DNA of 64,000 nt from Candidatus Micrarchaeota archaeon (GCA_021850805.1 JAJZKO010000001.1:45885-109884); one strand, 5' to 3'. Shown: positions 50,286 through 60,721, counted from the stretch's first letter. Notes: generated from the letters alone by a model not told the origin. Numbers and translations: made by a program.

Positions 50286-51326
50286 TCATATTATGCTTGT
50301 AAGTATTGACATAAAATCCATCCTCTCCCCTATCGCCTTTGAGAAGTCTATTATGAACGTGTCAACTATTATGAAGTTCATCAGCGGAATCAGTGTCAGA
50401 CCCATTATTATGAATCCGACATAGAGCAGTATGACATTTATAAATGCATATATTGGTGCAACGCCTACCACTAGTGTAAAGAGGAATGTGAGCAGCGTGC
50501 TCCAGCTTAGGAGAAGCGCGCCTATGTTGATGTTGCTCAGGGCAAATGTTATGAACCCGTACGAGACCGTGACTAATAGAGGGTAGACAATGCCTATGCC
50601 CAAACCGAACGCTATCATTGCACCGCCGAATGTCCTGCTTATCCCGAAAGCCCTGCCTATGAGGCCCACGGTCATGAAGATTGAGAATAATATAGGGGAT
50701 GCGGCAATCAGGAGAAGCTGCATCTGCTCCGCAAGGAAGAGTATGAAAGCAAGCTGCATGTAAGGAGAAATATAGTGGAATACAGGATATACCGATTCTA
50801 TCGGATTGAAACTGAAAGATATGCTGGAGAAGACGAATGGTATTGATACGTGTATCCCTGGGGAGAATGCAATTAGCAGTGCGAGGTAGTATATTACCTG
50901 GGCAAAGTTGGCAAAGTCTGAATTAAATTGGAATACGTTGCACAGCGCCAGACCGTAAAATGTATTTATCGATGCACCATATGGCGTGTTCGTAGCAGGC
51001 TGGCATGCAGGAGGGAGAAGGCCCACGCTTTTGTAGATTGCTGCAGGCTGCGCGGAGCATATGAATCCTGACACGAATACGAATACGAACACCAGTATTA
51101 TGGTGAAGAGGGAATCGTAGATCTTTGACCTAACCCATACCCTTATGTCGCTCCTTCCGGCAAGAGGCGCCAGCATGAATATTAGGATAAGGACTGTTAT
51201 CACTGCAAGAGATGCTATGATTATTATTGGGAACCAGAACAGGTAAGGGGTCGAGAAGAAACTAGTAGCATTGGCAAGGCAGCTTCCGAGGAGGACATAT
51301 ACGTATGCGAATTGGCCAAGCATCAT
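50286..51326 (-). CDS. CedA/VirB6-like polytopic membrane protein, paralog 5
   Basis: VGLIGRAFGISRTFGGAMIAFGLGIGIVYP. Confidence 0.65.
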   Translation of the reverse strand: MMLGQFAYVYVLLGSCLANATSFFSTPYLFWFPIIIIASLAVITVLILIFMLAPLAGRSDIRVWVRSKIYDSLFTIILVFVFVFVSGFICSAQPAAIYKSVGLLPPACQPATNTPYGASINTFYGLALCNVFQFNSDFANFAQVIYYLALLIAFSPGIHVSIPFVFSSISFSFNPIESVYPVFHYISPYMQLAFILFLAEQMQLLLIAASPILFSIFMTVGLIGRAFGISRTFGGAMIAFGLGIGIVYPLLVTVSYGFITFALSNINIGALLLSWSTLLTFLFTLVVGVAPIYAFINVILLYVGFIIMGLTLIPLMNFIIVDTFIIDFSKAIGERMDFMSILTSII

Positions 51327-52525
51327 ATCATCTTGCTAAGGACTTTTGAGCTCTGCAGCGATGGAGCCCCGAGCAGATCCCCAAGTATCTCTAGTATATC
51401 GTAACATATTATAATTGCTATCACAAAGCCTATCGCCTGAAATCCGAGGAACGAAACCGCCTTTATGAACGTGCCTATCTCGTTCAGCAGCTGGCCGTTT
51501 AGGCTTACCAGATTAAGGGAGAGCACCGTAAATAGGAATTTGGCAATCTCTGCGAACGGATCTGATAGAAGAGCGGTTGATGAGCACGGGCCTACAGTCG
51601 CAGCGCCTCCTGTGGAGGTATTGCATATGGGTGAGTTAGGGCTGGAGAAAACTACGGATATGCCGTAGACTATCGCAGGAAATATTATGTAGAAGGATAT
51701 GAACAACGCCATTAGGGTTCCTCCTGCGGCTCTTGTCCATGGTATCGAGCGTAGGATTATCCCCAAATAAAGGAAAATGGGTATGAAGAAATATATGAAG
51801 AGAAGCAGTATTATCATAGATATCCCCATTACACCGACGGTAAGTAGTGCTGATTCCTGTATCCAGAGCGTGGTCTGGATCAACTTTGCCCCGCCGAATG
51901 GCACAAAGGTTATTCCGAAGTTATTTGGCATCAGGTTTATTACGACAGAAGATAGCGTATGGTAGTATACGAGATTCTCGACAACGCCGAGGTAATCGTT
52001 ATATAGCGCGTTGTACACGAAATTCGTATATATGTTTGTGCATGTGCTTGTGTATAGTGCGGTCATGGCGGAGAGTGGGCTGCCACTGGGAGCCGCGGCT
52101 CCGGACGACCCGAGGGTGGCTATATTGGCAATGAACGCCACGCCCGGGTATAGGGCTATTGGGCCTGCGAGTATCAGCACAATTGCTATAAGGTTGACGA
52201 GACCTTCAAGCATCTCGGATTTTGCAATTGTCTTAAGCTTTTCTATGCCGAATGCGAAGCCTATAGCGTATACGAGACCCACAACAATGAACACCATGAG
52301 TATGATCATTGCAGATACAAGCAGTATTGTGCTGTATGAACTTGCCTGTATAAGCGATTTGCTTATCAGGGTCGGACCCGTGTTGCCAAGGCCGTTGTAT
52401 CCCTGGAAGAGAGAACTGCATTTGAATAGATCCGGGAAGAATACGCTTGTTGATCCCGCGTGCGCCTGAAGCAGTATGGAGAAGAAGGTCAATAAAGCGG
52501 CAATCAAATGGTAATTTTTCATCAT
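51323..52525 (-). CDS. CedA/VirB6-like polytopic membrane protein, paralog 4
   Basis: LGIILRSIPWTRAAGGTLMALFISFYIIFP. Confidence 0.65.
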   Translation of the reverse strand: MMKNYHLIAALLTFFSILLQAHAGSTSVFFPDLFKCSSLFQGYNGLGNTGPTLISKSLIQASSYSTILLVSAMIILMVFIVVGLVYAIGFAFGIEKLKTIAKSEMLEGLVNLIAIVLILAGPIALYPGVAFIANIATLGSSGAAAPSGSPLSAMTALYTSTCTNIYTNFVYNALYNDYLGVVENLVYYHTLSSVVINLMPNNFGITFVPFGGAKLIQTTLWIQESALLTVGVMGISMIILLLFIYFFIPIFLYLGIILRSIPWTRAAGGTLMALFISFYIIFPAIVYGISVVFSSPNSPICNTSTGGAATVGPCSSTALLSDPFAEIAKFLFTVLSLNLVSLNGQLLNEIGTFIKAVSFLGFQAIGFVIAIIICYDILEILGDLLGAPSLQSSKVLSKMI

Positions 52526-54081
52526 ACGAACCTCGATAGACCTATGATATTTACGTCTCCTCCGAAGAGATAAGAGAGCCCCATAGTTGCGGATATGATA
52601 AGTATAAGGTTAAGGATGGGTATTATGACACCGCTAACGGCCTCTATGCCGTAAAGGTGTATCAGGCCGAATGTGGTGTAAGCCGCGTTTATCGGCCCTA
52701 CATTATGGAACTGAAGGGGTGTAGCGCCGACGGGAAGGCTATATCCTATGAATGCGCTTGAGAATAAAGTTGTCAGGAGGCCTATAAAACTGAATCCTGG
52801 AACGAGGAAATACACGGCATACTCCATCTCTGAAGGAAGGATATCCTGCGGATAGTAGAAATCCAGGTTTATTATGTCCTTTGCCTTGGGGAATACGTAA
52901 AAGTCTATCGGCCTCTTGTAATAGCATGTCGTCCCAGTCGATCCTGAAGATGGCGGGAAGGTTCCGGGGCATGCACTTATTGGACCTGAGATTGTAGGAG
53001 GTATCCCGTTCTGGAGCTTGTTTGCGCTGGTATAGCAGTATAGCGCACCACTGTCGCTGCCGCTCACAACCCTGCCGCATAGCGGGGTCATTGCCGGTAT
53101 AGTGCTTGAGCCTATCGGTGTAATGCTTGAGGTGTTGCTTAGCGAGGAATATTCAAACATGAATATTATTGGATATATTGTCATCGCCACTACGACCATC
53201 GCCATTATTGTGCCCCCTGCTCTTCTTGTGAGCATGTTAGAGCGGAGTATCATCCCTGCCGCAAGAAGGTAAGGCCAGAGAAAGAGCAGTATGAATACGA
53301 ATATCATCTGGGCAAAGAATATGTAGAATATGAAGGTGGATTCTATTGCTAGAGAGGGCATTACAGACCTGTTGAAGAAGTAGCCGTAAAAGTAATCATA
53401 TGATATTGTTATGCTCGAATATCCCTCAGCACTTGCTGCGCCGAGAAACGGTATGAAGCACGTTTCTGGGAAGCAGAATCCGTTGAATACATGGAAGTTT
53501 CTCAAGAAGAGTATGAACGTGTCGTACTTGTAGAAAGAGTTGAGGTTGGCAACCGTCTGGTTTGTCATGTTTGCGGATAGGACGTATACAGATCCAAGCC
53601 CGTAATCAAGCTTGCCGGTAAATGTCCTGGAATTTATCACTTGGGAGCAGACAAGGTTAGTTGGGGAAGGTATCGGGCCTGGGAAGTTATATTTGCTGTT
53701 TATGATGTTTACCTGCGATCCCGACAGTGTCTTGCATATCGATGAGGTTACTGTAGGGTTTATTATTGAGGTTGTCTGAAGCGTTGTGCCGAGAAGGCTG
53801 AATAGGTATAGTATCAGTATTGCAAATATTATCGTGGCTATCGCCTGGAAGAATTCGTTCTTCCCTGCAGATTTGGCCCTCTGGTTGTTTAGTATGGAGC
53901 CTATCATATAGTAGAGGCCTGATACGATTGTGCTAAGCAGGACAGCGACGCCGACTGCAGGAAGCCACGTGGTGAATGAGGAATATTGGGATATTCCCGC
54001 GGGGGCAGCGTATGTGGTAAGCGTATACATGGCTACCGCGATGAGGGCAAATGGCATTACCTTTGGTATCTTAGTCTTCAT
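52522..54081 (-). CDS. CedA/VirB6-like polytopic membrane protein, paralog 3
   Basis: AGMILRSNMLTRRAGGTIMAMVVVAMTIYP; Cys-rich extracellular insert. Confidence 0.65.
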   Translation of the reverse strand: MKTKIPKVMPFALIAVAMYTLTTYAAPAGISQYSSFTTWLPAVGVAVLLSTIVSGLYYMIGSILNNQRAKSAGKNEFFQAIATIIFAILILYLFSLLGTTLQTTSIINPTVTSSICKTLSGSQVNIINSKYNFPGPIPSPTNLVCSQVINSRTFTGKLDYGLGSVYVLSANMTNQTVANLNSFYKYDTFILFLRNFHVFNGFCFPETCFIPFLGAASAEGYSSITISYDYFYGYFFNRSVMPSLAIESTFIFYIFFAQMIFVFILLFLWPYLLAAGMILRSNMLTRRAGGTIMAMVVVAMTIYPIIFMFEYSSLSNTSSITPIGSSTIPAMTPLCGRVVSGSDSGALYCYTSANKLQNGIPPTISGPISACPGTFPPSSGSTGTTCYYKRPIDFYVFPKAKDIINLDFYYPQDILPSEMEYAVYFLVPGFSFIGLLTTLFSSAFIGYSLPVGATPLQFHNVGPINAAYTTFGLIHLYGIEAVSGVIIPILNLILIISATMGLSYLFGGDVNIIGLSRFV

Positions 54082-54082
54082 C

Positions 54083-55258
54083 TCATCCCCAGAACGGGCC
54101 TATGCCCATTATCCTTGATATTGAACCGAATCCATTGGAAAGACCCTGTGCGAACCCGACGGTTATTGCGATGTCAAGTGCAACTAGGACTATTCCCTGG
54201 AAAGCATATGCTGCTATCTTGTATCCGTAGCCTATCAGTACCCCATTGAGATTGAAAAGTATGCTTATGAGATTTGAGAACGTGCTTCCATAGCCCCCCA
54301 GCCCTGAAGATGCAAGGCTTATGAAAGACGAGTAAGGGAGCTGCGTTCCGGCAAATGTTGTAACGCCCGCAGGCGAAGAAGAGAAGAGGTTTGCAACAGG
54401 AAGGTTTGTCAGCTGTGGTGAGAGTACGTATGCTGGATAGGGGTTGCATATGCTTATCAGCGGAGTGCATGGGGTGTAAAGCCATGCCATTATGAATCCA
54501 TTCATTATTATGGTAAGCGGGAATATGAAGTAGAAGCTTATCGCTATGGCAATGAATGAGTTAGACGCCTCCTTCAGCCTTGGGCCTGCAAATGGTATGA
54601 ATCTTATCAGTATAGCAACAGGAACTATCAGGGTAAGGGCTATCGACTGCAGAATGTCTAGAAAGAGCATGAGCACATATAGTATCCCGAACGTAACAAC
54701 TATTATTCCGGCGTAAGCCGTATTTAGTACGCTGGAGAAAGCGAAGTATATGCCTATTACATTGTGCCCTAGATCGAAGCCAATGAAGTTCTGGATGATG
54801 GTTATAGGTATTGACGTTATGAGGTCCATTATATTGGCGGCTATTACCAGATTTACAGATTCGGCATAGAGTTCTGTCCATAAGGAGAGCGCTTTTGAGA
54901 ATAGGAGATTCTGTATCGTGTATTCTGCGTATTGCATGGGGTTTGCATAGTTAACTGTAGCTCCGGCTATATACGCGCCCAGGTTGCATGAGAAGGCGGC
55001 GAGGCCTATTATTCCAGCTATTATGAATAAGGTAAGTATTATCTCTGCTGCCTCGTATCTCGATATGCCCTTAAGCTTCTCCCTGTAAGTCACGGGAAGT
55101 ATGTTTGCGATGGTATATATCAGGATTGTGAGTATCATTGCGAATAAAGCAACTACCCCGCTCACGGATATCCATCCTGTGACATACTGCCCGCCAAATG
55201 CACAGGAATTAGTGTAAGGGGAAGCGGCTGCGAGTATTGGTGCAAGTAGCCATAGCAT
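54083..55258 (-). CDS. CedA/VirB6-like polytopic membrane protein, paralog 2
   Basis: VAILIRFIPFAGPRLKEASNSFIAIAISFYFIFP. Confidence 0.65.
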   Translation of the reverse strand: MLWLLAPILAAASPYTNSCAFGGQYVTGWISVSGVVALFAMILTILIYTIANILPVTYREKLKGISRYEAAEIILTLFIIAGIIGLAAFSCNLGAYIAGATVNYANPMQYAEYTIQNLLFSKALSLWTELYAESVNLVIAANIMDLITSIPITIIQNFIGFDLGHNVIGIYFAFSSVLNTAYAGIIVVTFGILYVLMLFLDILQSIALTLIVPVAILIRFIPFAGPRLKEASNSFIAIAISFYFIFPLTIIMNGFIMAWLYTPCTPLISICNPYPAYVLSPQLTNLPVANLFSSSPAGVTTFAGTQLPYSSFISLASSGLGGYGSTFSNLISILFNLNGVLIGYGYKIAAYAFQGIVLVALDIAITVGFAQGLSNGFGSISRIMGIGPFWG

Positions 55259-55262
55259 GTGA

Positions 55263-56480
55263 TCACGCGAGTTTTAGTTTGCTCCCAAGGCTGAGCCTGA
55301 GGGTTCCTCCAAGCGATCTGGCTATGCTGTCCACTATCGGATATAGTATCATAAGATCTGCGGCAAATATGAAGAACTGTAGTATCATATAGAATCCATA
55401 ATTAAGTATGTAGTTGTAGAAATAGTACACCCCGTTGAATATGTTTGAGCCTATTCCTGCATATTGCGCAAGGTTGACTATGGGCCCTATTGTGAGCTTG
55501 AAGATTGTATCTATTATCTCTGCGCCAGTATCAAGAAAGAACCCGTTTCCGCTTGTGGGAAGCAGGTTGCCTGAAGATGGCCCTGGTGCAGGCGCCACAT
55601 AGACGTATGGGGATATGGCTTGGGTGAGGGGATAGTTGAAGAGCACAAGAATCGATGGGTATACAATCCCTGCGCCAATGCCTATTGCTATAAGGGTGCC
55701 TCCTATATTTCTCGAGAATGGGAATGCCCTGAAGACCAGTCCCAGAGGTATTATCATTGTCAGACTGGCTTCTATTATTGAGTATAGATTGTACATGAGG
55801 CCTACGGTAAGAAGAGAGGTTGGGAATAGTATGAACTTTATCATGTCGTTTAGCATGGACTCGTATTGTGCAAGTATGTGGTTCCCGCTTTCCAGCAGGT
55901 ATGTTGTGTATATTGGGGTTACAGAGAATCCACTGAGGAATGCGCCGACAAAGGGGATTGGTATTGGAACATACAGGCTTATGCTGAGGCCTTGATAGAG
56001 ACCTATTGCTATTCCAAGCGTAGATACACCATTCCATATATTCACAAGGTTTCCGCATACCGTGTTTAGGTATGTATAAGATTCGGAATAGAGCGTGCCG
56101 ATGTTGTTCACGTAGGACGCAGAAGGGGCTGCGGCGCCTGGAATTACAAACAATGCTATGCTGCTTATGAAGGTTATCGCAAGATATATGCCTGCGATAA
56201 GCATAGCGGATTTGGCTATCTCCCAGTACTCGTTCTGCAGCCAGTTCCTTATTCCTGCCGCTGGGAATATCTTGCTGAGCATGTAACCTACAGCAACTAC
56301 ATCGAAGGATAGGGAAAGCGCCAAGAGGGATACAGATATTGCCGCTGATGGCAGCCCTGCAAGCGGCTTGGTCACCTCCGCAGGGCAGAATGTAGATGAC
56401 GCAGCCGAGGATACGCCTACAAATAGTGCCAGTAGCAATGCGCTTAGCATAAGCGTACTCCTTTTACCGCGCATGCTCAT
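55263..56480 (-). CDS. CedA/VirB6-like polytopic membrane protein, paralog 1
   Basis: LGLVFRAFPFSRNIGGTLIAIGIGAGIVYP. Confidence 0.65.
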   Translation of the reverse strand: MSMRGKRSTLMLSALLLALFVGVSSAASSTFCPAEVTKPLAGLPSAAISVSLLALSLSFDVVAVGYMLSKIFPAAGIRNWLQNEYWEIAKSAMLIAGIYLAITFISSIALFVIPGAAAPSASYVNNIGTLYSESYTYLNTVCGNLVNIWNGVSTLGIAIGLYQGLSISLYVPIPIPFVGAFLSGFSVTPIYTTYLLESGNHILAQYESMLNDMIKFILFPTSLLTVGLMYNLYSIIEASLTMIIPLGLVFRAFPFSRNIGGTLIAIGIGAGIVYPSILVLFNYPLTQAISPYVYVAPAPGPSSGNLLPTSGNGFFLDTGAEIIDTIFKLTIGPIVNLAQYAGIGSNIFNGVYYFYNYILNYGFYMILQFFIFAADLMILYPIVDSIARSLGGTLRLSLGSKLKLA

Positions 56481-56522
56481 ATATAGGTTGCTTGTTTTAT
56501 AAGGTTTATCTCATGCAGGAGG

Positions 56523-57251
56523 TTAATGCCTCAGCAGCGGGAAGCGCCTTATGTACGCTTCTGCGATGAATATGACAAAATAAGGGAGTATGAATACGGA
56601 GTTTATCACCAATGTCACATAGCTCCCTGCCACTCCGAACAGGCCTGAGGATACCAGATCAACAAAGGAAGTTGCAGCTGCGAAGAGCACAAGCCACAGG
56701 ACCACGTATTTAGGGGATGTTACTACAAGCCTTATGCTTCCCTTGAACGAGGCGAAGAACCCCTTGTTGTCTATAACCATCGCCGTAGGCATATAGAATA
56801 TCAGTAGGAATATGATAAGGTTCAACGCCTCAGCCCATATAACCGGGAAGGAGAAGAGGTATGAAGATATGTTTAGTATTATGACAATGAATGCGTAGAA
56901 AAGGAGGATTGAGAATACGCGGCTTATGTATTTCTCTATCTCGAGCATCACCCTCTTGCTTGTCGCCATGTGCGTCTTCTCCGACTTTACAATCAAGCTT
57001 ATGGCAACGAATGCAAAGCTTATGAAGAGCATGGATACGAAGGTTGATATGGTAACCACGGCCAATACCGTAGGGTTTGTATTGACAAATATGCTTGCAG
57101 TCCTCAGGAATATTGCACCTGTGCTTATATACGTAGGCAAAGGAGCGAGCAGCGGTATCAGGAATGCTATCAGGAAGGGTATCGAGAAGAGGATTATAAG
57201 ACGGATATTGTCCCGGTATATCCCGAGCGAGTCGGAAACCACGTTTGCCAT
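56523..57251 (-). CDS. Polytopic membrane protein
   Basis: About 6 TMs, MVIDNKGFFASFKGSIRLV segment. Confidence 0.65.
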   Translation of the reverse strand: MANVVSDSLGIYRDNIRLIILFSIPFLIAFLIPLLAPLPTYISTGAIFLRTASIFVNTNPTVLAVVTISTFVSMLFISFAFVAISLIVKSEKTHMATSKRVMLEIEKYISRVFSILLFYAFIVIILNISSYLFSFPVIWAEALNLIIFLLIFYMPTAMVIDNKGFFASFKGSIRLVVTSPKYVVLWLVLFAAATSFVDLVSSGLFGVAGSYVTLVINSVFILPYFVIFIAEAYIRRFPLLRH

Positions 57252-57274
57252 TTTATCTCTCTTCTGATATAGGT

Positions 57275-59185
57275 TCAGCTAAAATTATATATTTCTTTGG
57301 ATATATATACGTCGCTTGAATTGTAGATGTATGCGGAGGCCACGTATATTCTTGAGGTAGTGTTTATGCTGGCATTTATGCGCATTGTTCCTTTGCCTGC
57401 GGCGAGCCTTATAAGATTAGGATTTACTGCACACGGGTATCCGGTGCAGTTGAGTGCGTTGGGTAGTACTTTATCACCCCCTAGCCCGTATATCGTAGGC
57501 TTGGATAGAAGCGAGTTTGACTCTTCCTCTGTGGATACGATAAGATAGAGATCCCTAGGAGCCGTAGATAGATAGTTCAGATTAAAGGAGTAGACTGTAA
57601 GGTTGCCTCTCCTTGCAAGTGTCTGGTTGGTTACATTGATACTAAAATGTGATGCGAATGCGGAATGGTATGTTGCCGGAAGAAACGCGATAAGAAGCAC
57701 TATCAGTATAGCAGAGCAGAGGGCGACGCGGATATTTGTAAGGTGATTTCGTGATGACCCGATAAATTTTATGAAGTCGCTTTTCTTGTATGAAATTATT
57801 GCAACTACGGAAAATAGGCCGAATGTTGCAAAGTAAGTTGCTGATGAACGATCCATAAGCAGGAATGGGATCATGCTCAGGACCGGTATCAGAGCCTTTT
57901 CCCTAGTCACTATAAGGATAGCGACTGCCAGGAGTATTCCGAGAATAAATAACGAAGTATATGAGGGAAGGCTTATTGGATAATAATATGCTAGCGAGTA
58001 GCCGAGAAGGGCATATGAATCAGGGAATATGCCTCCGCTGACAGGATCGAATACAGAGTGCATGAATAAGGCGGGTGACAGAAGCATGAAGTACGAATTT
58101 AATATCAGGAACACTGCGCAGGTTCCTATTAGCGCAACTGCGCCTCTCCGCTTCCCATATTTCATGAATGAATAGATTATAAGGAGCAGGACGGGTATCC
58201 AAAGCTCCTCCTGGAGCGATGCTGCAAGGCCCAGAAGCACCCATGATCTTCTCCACCCTATCTTTGCATATGCCAGTATTATTATAGCAAGCATCAGCGA
58301 TGTGGTTGGTGATGCTACGGTAATGGTGCCTATGCTAAGGAAGATTATTAGCCATGGGATGGGCCTCGCCAGTACCTTTTCCCTGAGGACATATGCAACT
58401 GCAAACAATAGCAGAGCTACGAATACCATTGACTGCACTTGCAGGTCTATGGTGAATATGTTGCTTATTGTAGGCTTTGAGATGAAATAAAACGGGATTG
58501 AGGAAATTAGGTACAGGGCAGGATAGTTAAGGACGCCCACTATTGTATTACTTGCTGTGAAGGTTATGTCGGCTTTGTGACTAAGGGAGAAGAGGAGCTG
58601 GGATATTGACGATGAATATGGATTAAGGCCATGCAATGTTGCGTTTATTGAATAGAAAGTTATAAGCGGCTCGTCCGTAAGTGTGAAGCGCGTTACCACG
58701 ATCCCGTAATACGCTGCGATTATTGCTATGAATAGAATGGATGCCGCTACTATGATTGCTATCTCCTTTCTGCTGCGCCGCGTTGTCTTAAGGCATAGTT
58801 GGATTATCAATGCGGAGCATGCTAACAGCGGAAGAATTACAAGCGCCTGAAGGGTATAGACATATGTGATGGATATGAGGTTAATTGCATAGAATGAAGC
58901 CAGCTTTATATTCATGAATTCAGGATTAGAGAAGAATAGCAGTATGGAGATGGCGCATAGCGCATGCTCAAGCTTCCGCCTGGAGGTTGCTGCTCTGATT
59001 GGAAGGTGCTTATTGCTTATGTAGATTATAGAGTATGATAAGAATGCCAGTGCATATATTGAAAGACTAAGGGAAAACTCGCCAGTAAGAGACGAGATAA
59101 ATGTAAATATAAATAAAAAAAGGGAAATGAAGAATCCATTTCCCCTGAAGTATGCCCAAACCCCGCCTAAAGGATGCTTGGACAC
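57275..59185 (-). CDS. Putative GT-C fold glycosyltransferase
   Basis: Many TMs; TDE acidic pair after a TM, GLNPY and NYPAL loop motifs typical of GT87-like enzymes. Confidence 0.6.
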   Translation of the reverse strand: MSKHPLGGVWAYFRGNGFFISLFLFIFTFISSLTGEFSLSLSIYALAFLSYSIIYISNKHLPIRAATSRRKLEHALCAISILLFFSNPEFMNIKLASFYAINLISITYVYTLQALVILPLLACSALIIQLCLKTTRRSRKEIAIIVAASILFIAIIAAYYGIVVTRFTLTDEPLITFYSINATLHGLNPYSSSISQLLFSLSHKADITFTASNTIVGVLNYPALYLISSIPFYFISKPTISNIFTIDLQVQSMVFVALLLFAVAYVLREKVLARPIPWLIIFLSIGTITVASPTTSLMLAIIILAYAKIGWRRSWVLLGLAASLQEELWIPVLLLIIYSFMKYGKRRGAVALIGTCAVFLILNSYFMLLSPALFMHSVFDPVSGGIFPDSYALLGYSLAYYYPISLPSYTSLFILGILLAVAILIVTREKALIPVLSMIPFLLMDRSSATYFATFGLFSVVAIISYKKSDFIKFIGSSRNHLTNIRVALCSAILIVLLIAFLPATYHSAFASHFSINVTNQTLARRGNLTVYSFNLNYLSTAPRDLYLIVSTEEESNSLLSKPTIYGLGGDKVLPNALNCTGYPCAVNPNLIRLAAGKGTMRINASINTTSRIYVASAYIYNSSDVYISKEIYNFS

Positions 59186-59210
59186 TTAAGCACTGATGGT
59201 TGTTGCCTTA

Positions 59211-59594
59211 TCAGCAGCTTGCAGGTAGTGTTATTGAACCTCCGCCAGCACCAGCTGTTCCGGAGAATCCTACTACCATATTGACAATGAATGGAGCTAT
59301 TATTACGAGCACCAGCCCGATTACTCCTCCTACTATCATTGCCATAGACCATCCCTGCGCTCCAGCTCTTACGTTTCCAGCTGCAGGCAACAGATGCGCT
59401 ACCGCATAGATGGCACCGCCAGCTATGAAGAGAGCTATAGCCAATACACCTACGACAGTTCGTATTGTATTTACTATGCCGCATATCTGCGAGGTTACTC
59501 CTGTAACTCCCGTTGCTGCTGATGCTATTATACTGGAAAATCCAAGAACCACTAATGCCATATACACTAGGTTCGTGAACTTCGATATGTTCAT
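59211..59594 (-). CDS. TrbC/VirB2-like pilin
   Basis: Signal peptide, amphipathic helix (ICGIVNTIRTVVG), TM-basic loop-TM (IVGGVIGLVLVIIAPFIV). Confidence 0.7.
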   Translation of the reverse strand: MNISKFTNLVYMALVVLGFSSIIASAATGVTGVTSQICGIVNTIRTVVGVLAIALFIAGGAIYAVAHLLPAAGNVRAGAQGWSMAMIVGGVIGLVLVIIAPFIVNMVVGFSGTAGAGGGSITLPASC

Positions 59595-59674
59595 ACAATC
59601 AACACGCATATTATTACATTGGCTATTTATAAGCTTTGCCCCATTTTGGGCTGCTATTATTAAATATTTGCCCA

Positions 59675-60721
59675 TTAGCCAAGCTTCTCTTGGAGGAAAG
59701 AGGCTGTGAGGTTCTCTATCTGCGGGATTGAGGGATTTATCGGATGCGGGCCTGCCTGGGAAAAGCTATGTCCAGAGTTATTAACTATTATCAATGTCGC
59801 ATTGTTTCCATGTTCTATAAGCGAGTTGTACAGTACATATGACTGATATGGAGGCACGGTGGTATCCTTATTGCCCTGGAATATCAGGAACGGGGGCTCG
59901 TTGGTACCTATGTAGTTTACCGGGCTTGCGAGCTCGAGCAGCGTGTAGTTGTCCATGAATACCTCATTCAGGTCCTGCTGCCTGTATTCGTTTATCTGCA
60001 CGCTTGTGGAGTTGTGGTATTCATACCACGTTAGATTGCTTGGACCAAAGTTATCTACTACAGCTTCTACACTGCTAGAGTAGTTTGCGTATGGGCCGTT
60101 AGACCATAGGCTGCTATTTGAAGTAAATGCGAGAAGCTGAACTAACTGGCCTCCTGCGCTGCTTCCTACAACTCCTATCTCGTTTGGGTTTATATTATAT
60201 CTCGCTGCGTTGGCCCTGAAGTATCTTACAGCACACTTGACGTCTATTATCTGGGCAGGGAATGGGTATTGCGGCGCAAGCCTGTAGTTTATCGCCGCTA
60301 CTATGAAATTATCCCTTAACAGCGCAGGTACTATGTAATAGCTGTTCTCAGGAAGGGAGGAGCCGTTTACAGTGTATTTTTCTATCTGGGCATAGGTCAA
60401 GTTGAATGCGGATCCTGCATGCCATCCGCCTCCGTGCACAACTATCACCAGAGGCAAAGTTTTGTTCCTGCTGGATGGCGGTAGATAGATATATGCAATG
60501 TCGGAACTGTTCCCTGATGGATTTCCGAACGGGCAGTAGTTTGCCTTGATCATCTGCGGACCGTAGAGCACCCCTACGCCAGACTGCCCCACGGCAGAAC
60601 CGGATTTGGCATGGCTGCCAATAACCAAATACGTGATGAGCATTATTACTATAGCGGTTATTATTGCTGCTATTGCGTATGCCGCTGCGCTGCTCCCTGA
60701 TGGAGTATGCACTTGTATCAT
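59675..60721 (-). CDS. Membrane-anchored alpha/beta hydrolase (HSL-type esterase)
   Basis: HGGGW, NYRLAP, GSSAGG, GNKDTTVP, GHSF. Confidence 0.9.
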   Translation of the reverse strand: MIQVHTPSGSSAAAYAIAAIITAIVIMLITYLVIGSHAKSGSAVGQSGVGVLYGPQMIKANYCPFGNPSGNSSDIAYIYLPPSSRNKTLPLVIVVHGGGWHAGSAFNLTYAQIEKYTVNGSSLPENSYYIVPALLRDNFIVAAINYRLAPQYPFPAQIIDVKCAVRYFRANAARYNINPNEIGVVGSSAGGQLVQLLAFTSNSSLWSNGPYANYSSSVEAVVDNFGPSNLTWYEYHNSTSVQINEYRQQDLNEVFMDNYTLLELASPVNYIGTNEPPFLIFQGNKDTTVPPYQSYVLYNSLIEHGNNATLIIVNNSGHSFSQAGPHPINPSIPQIENLTASFLQEKLG

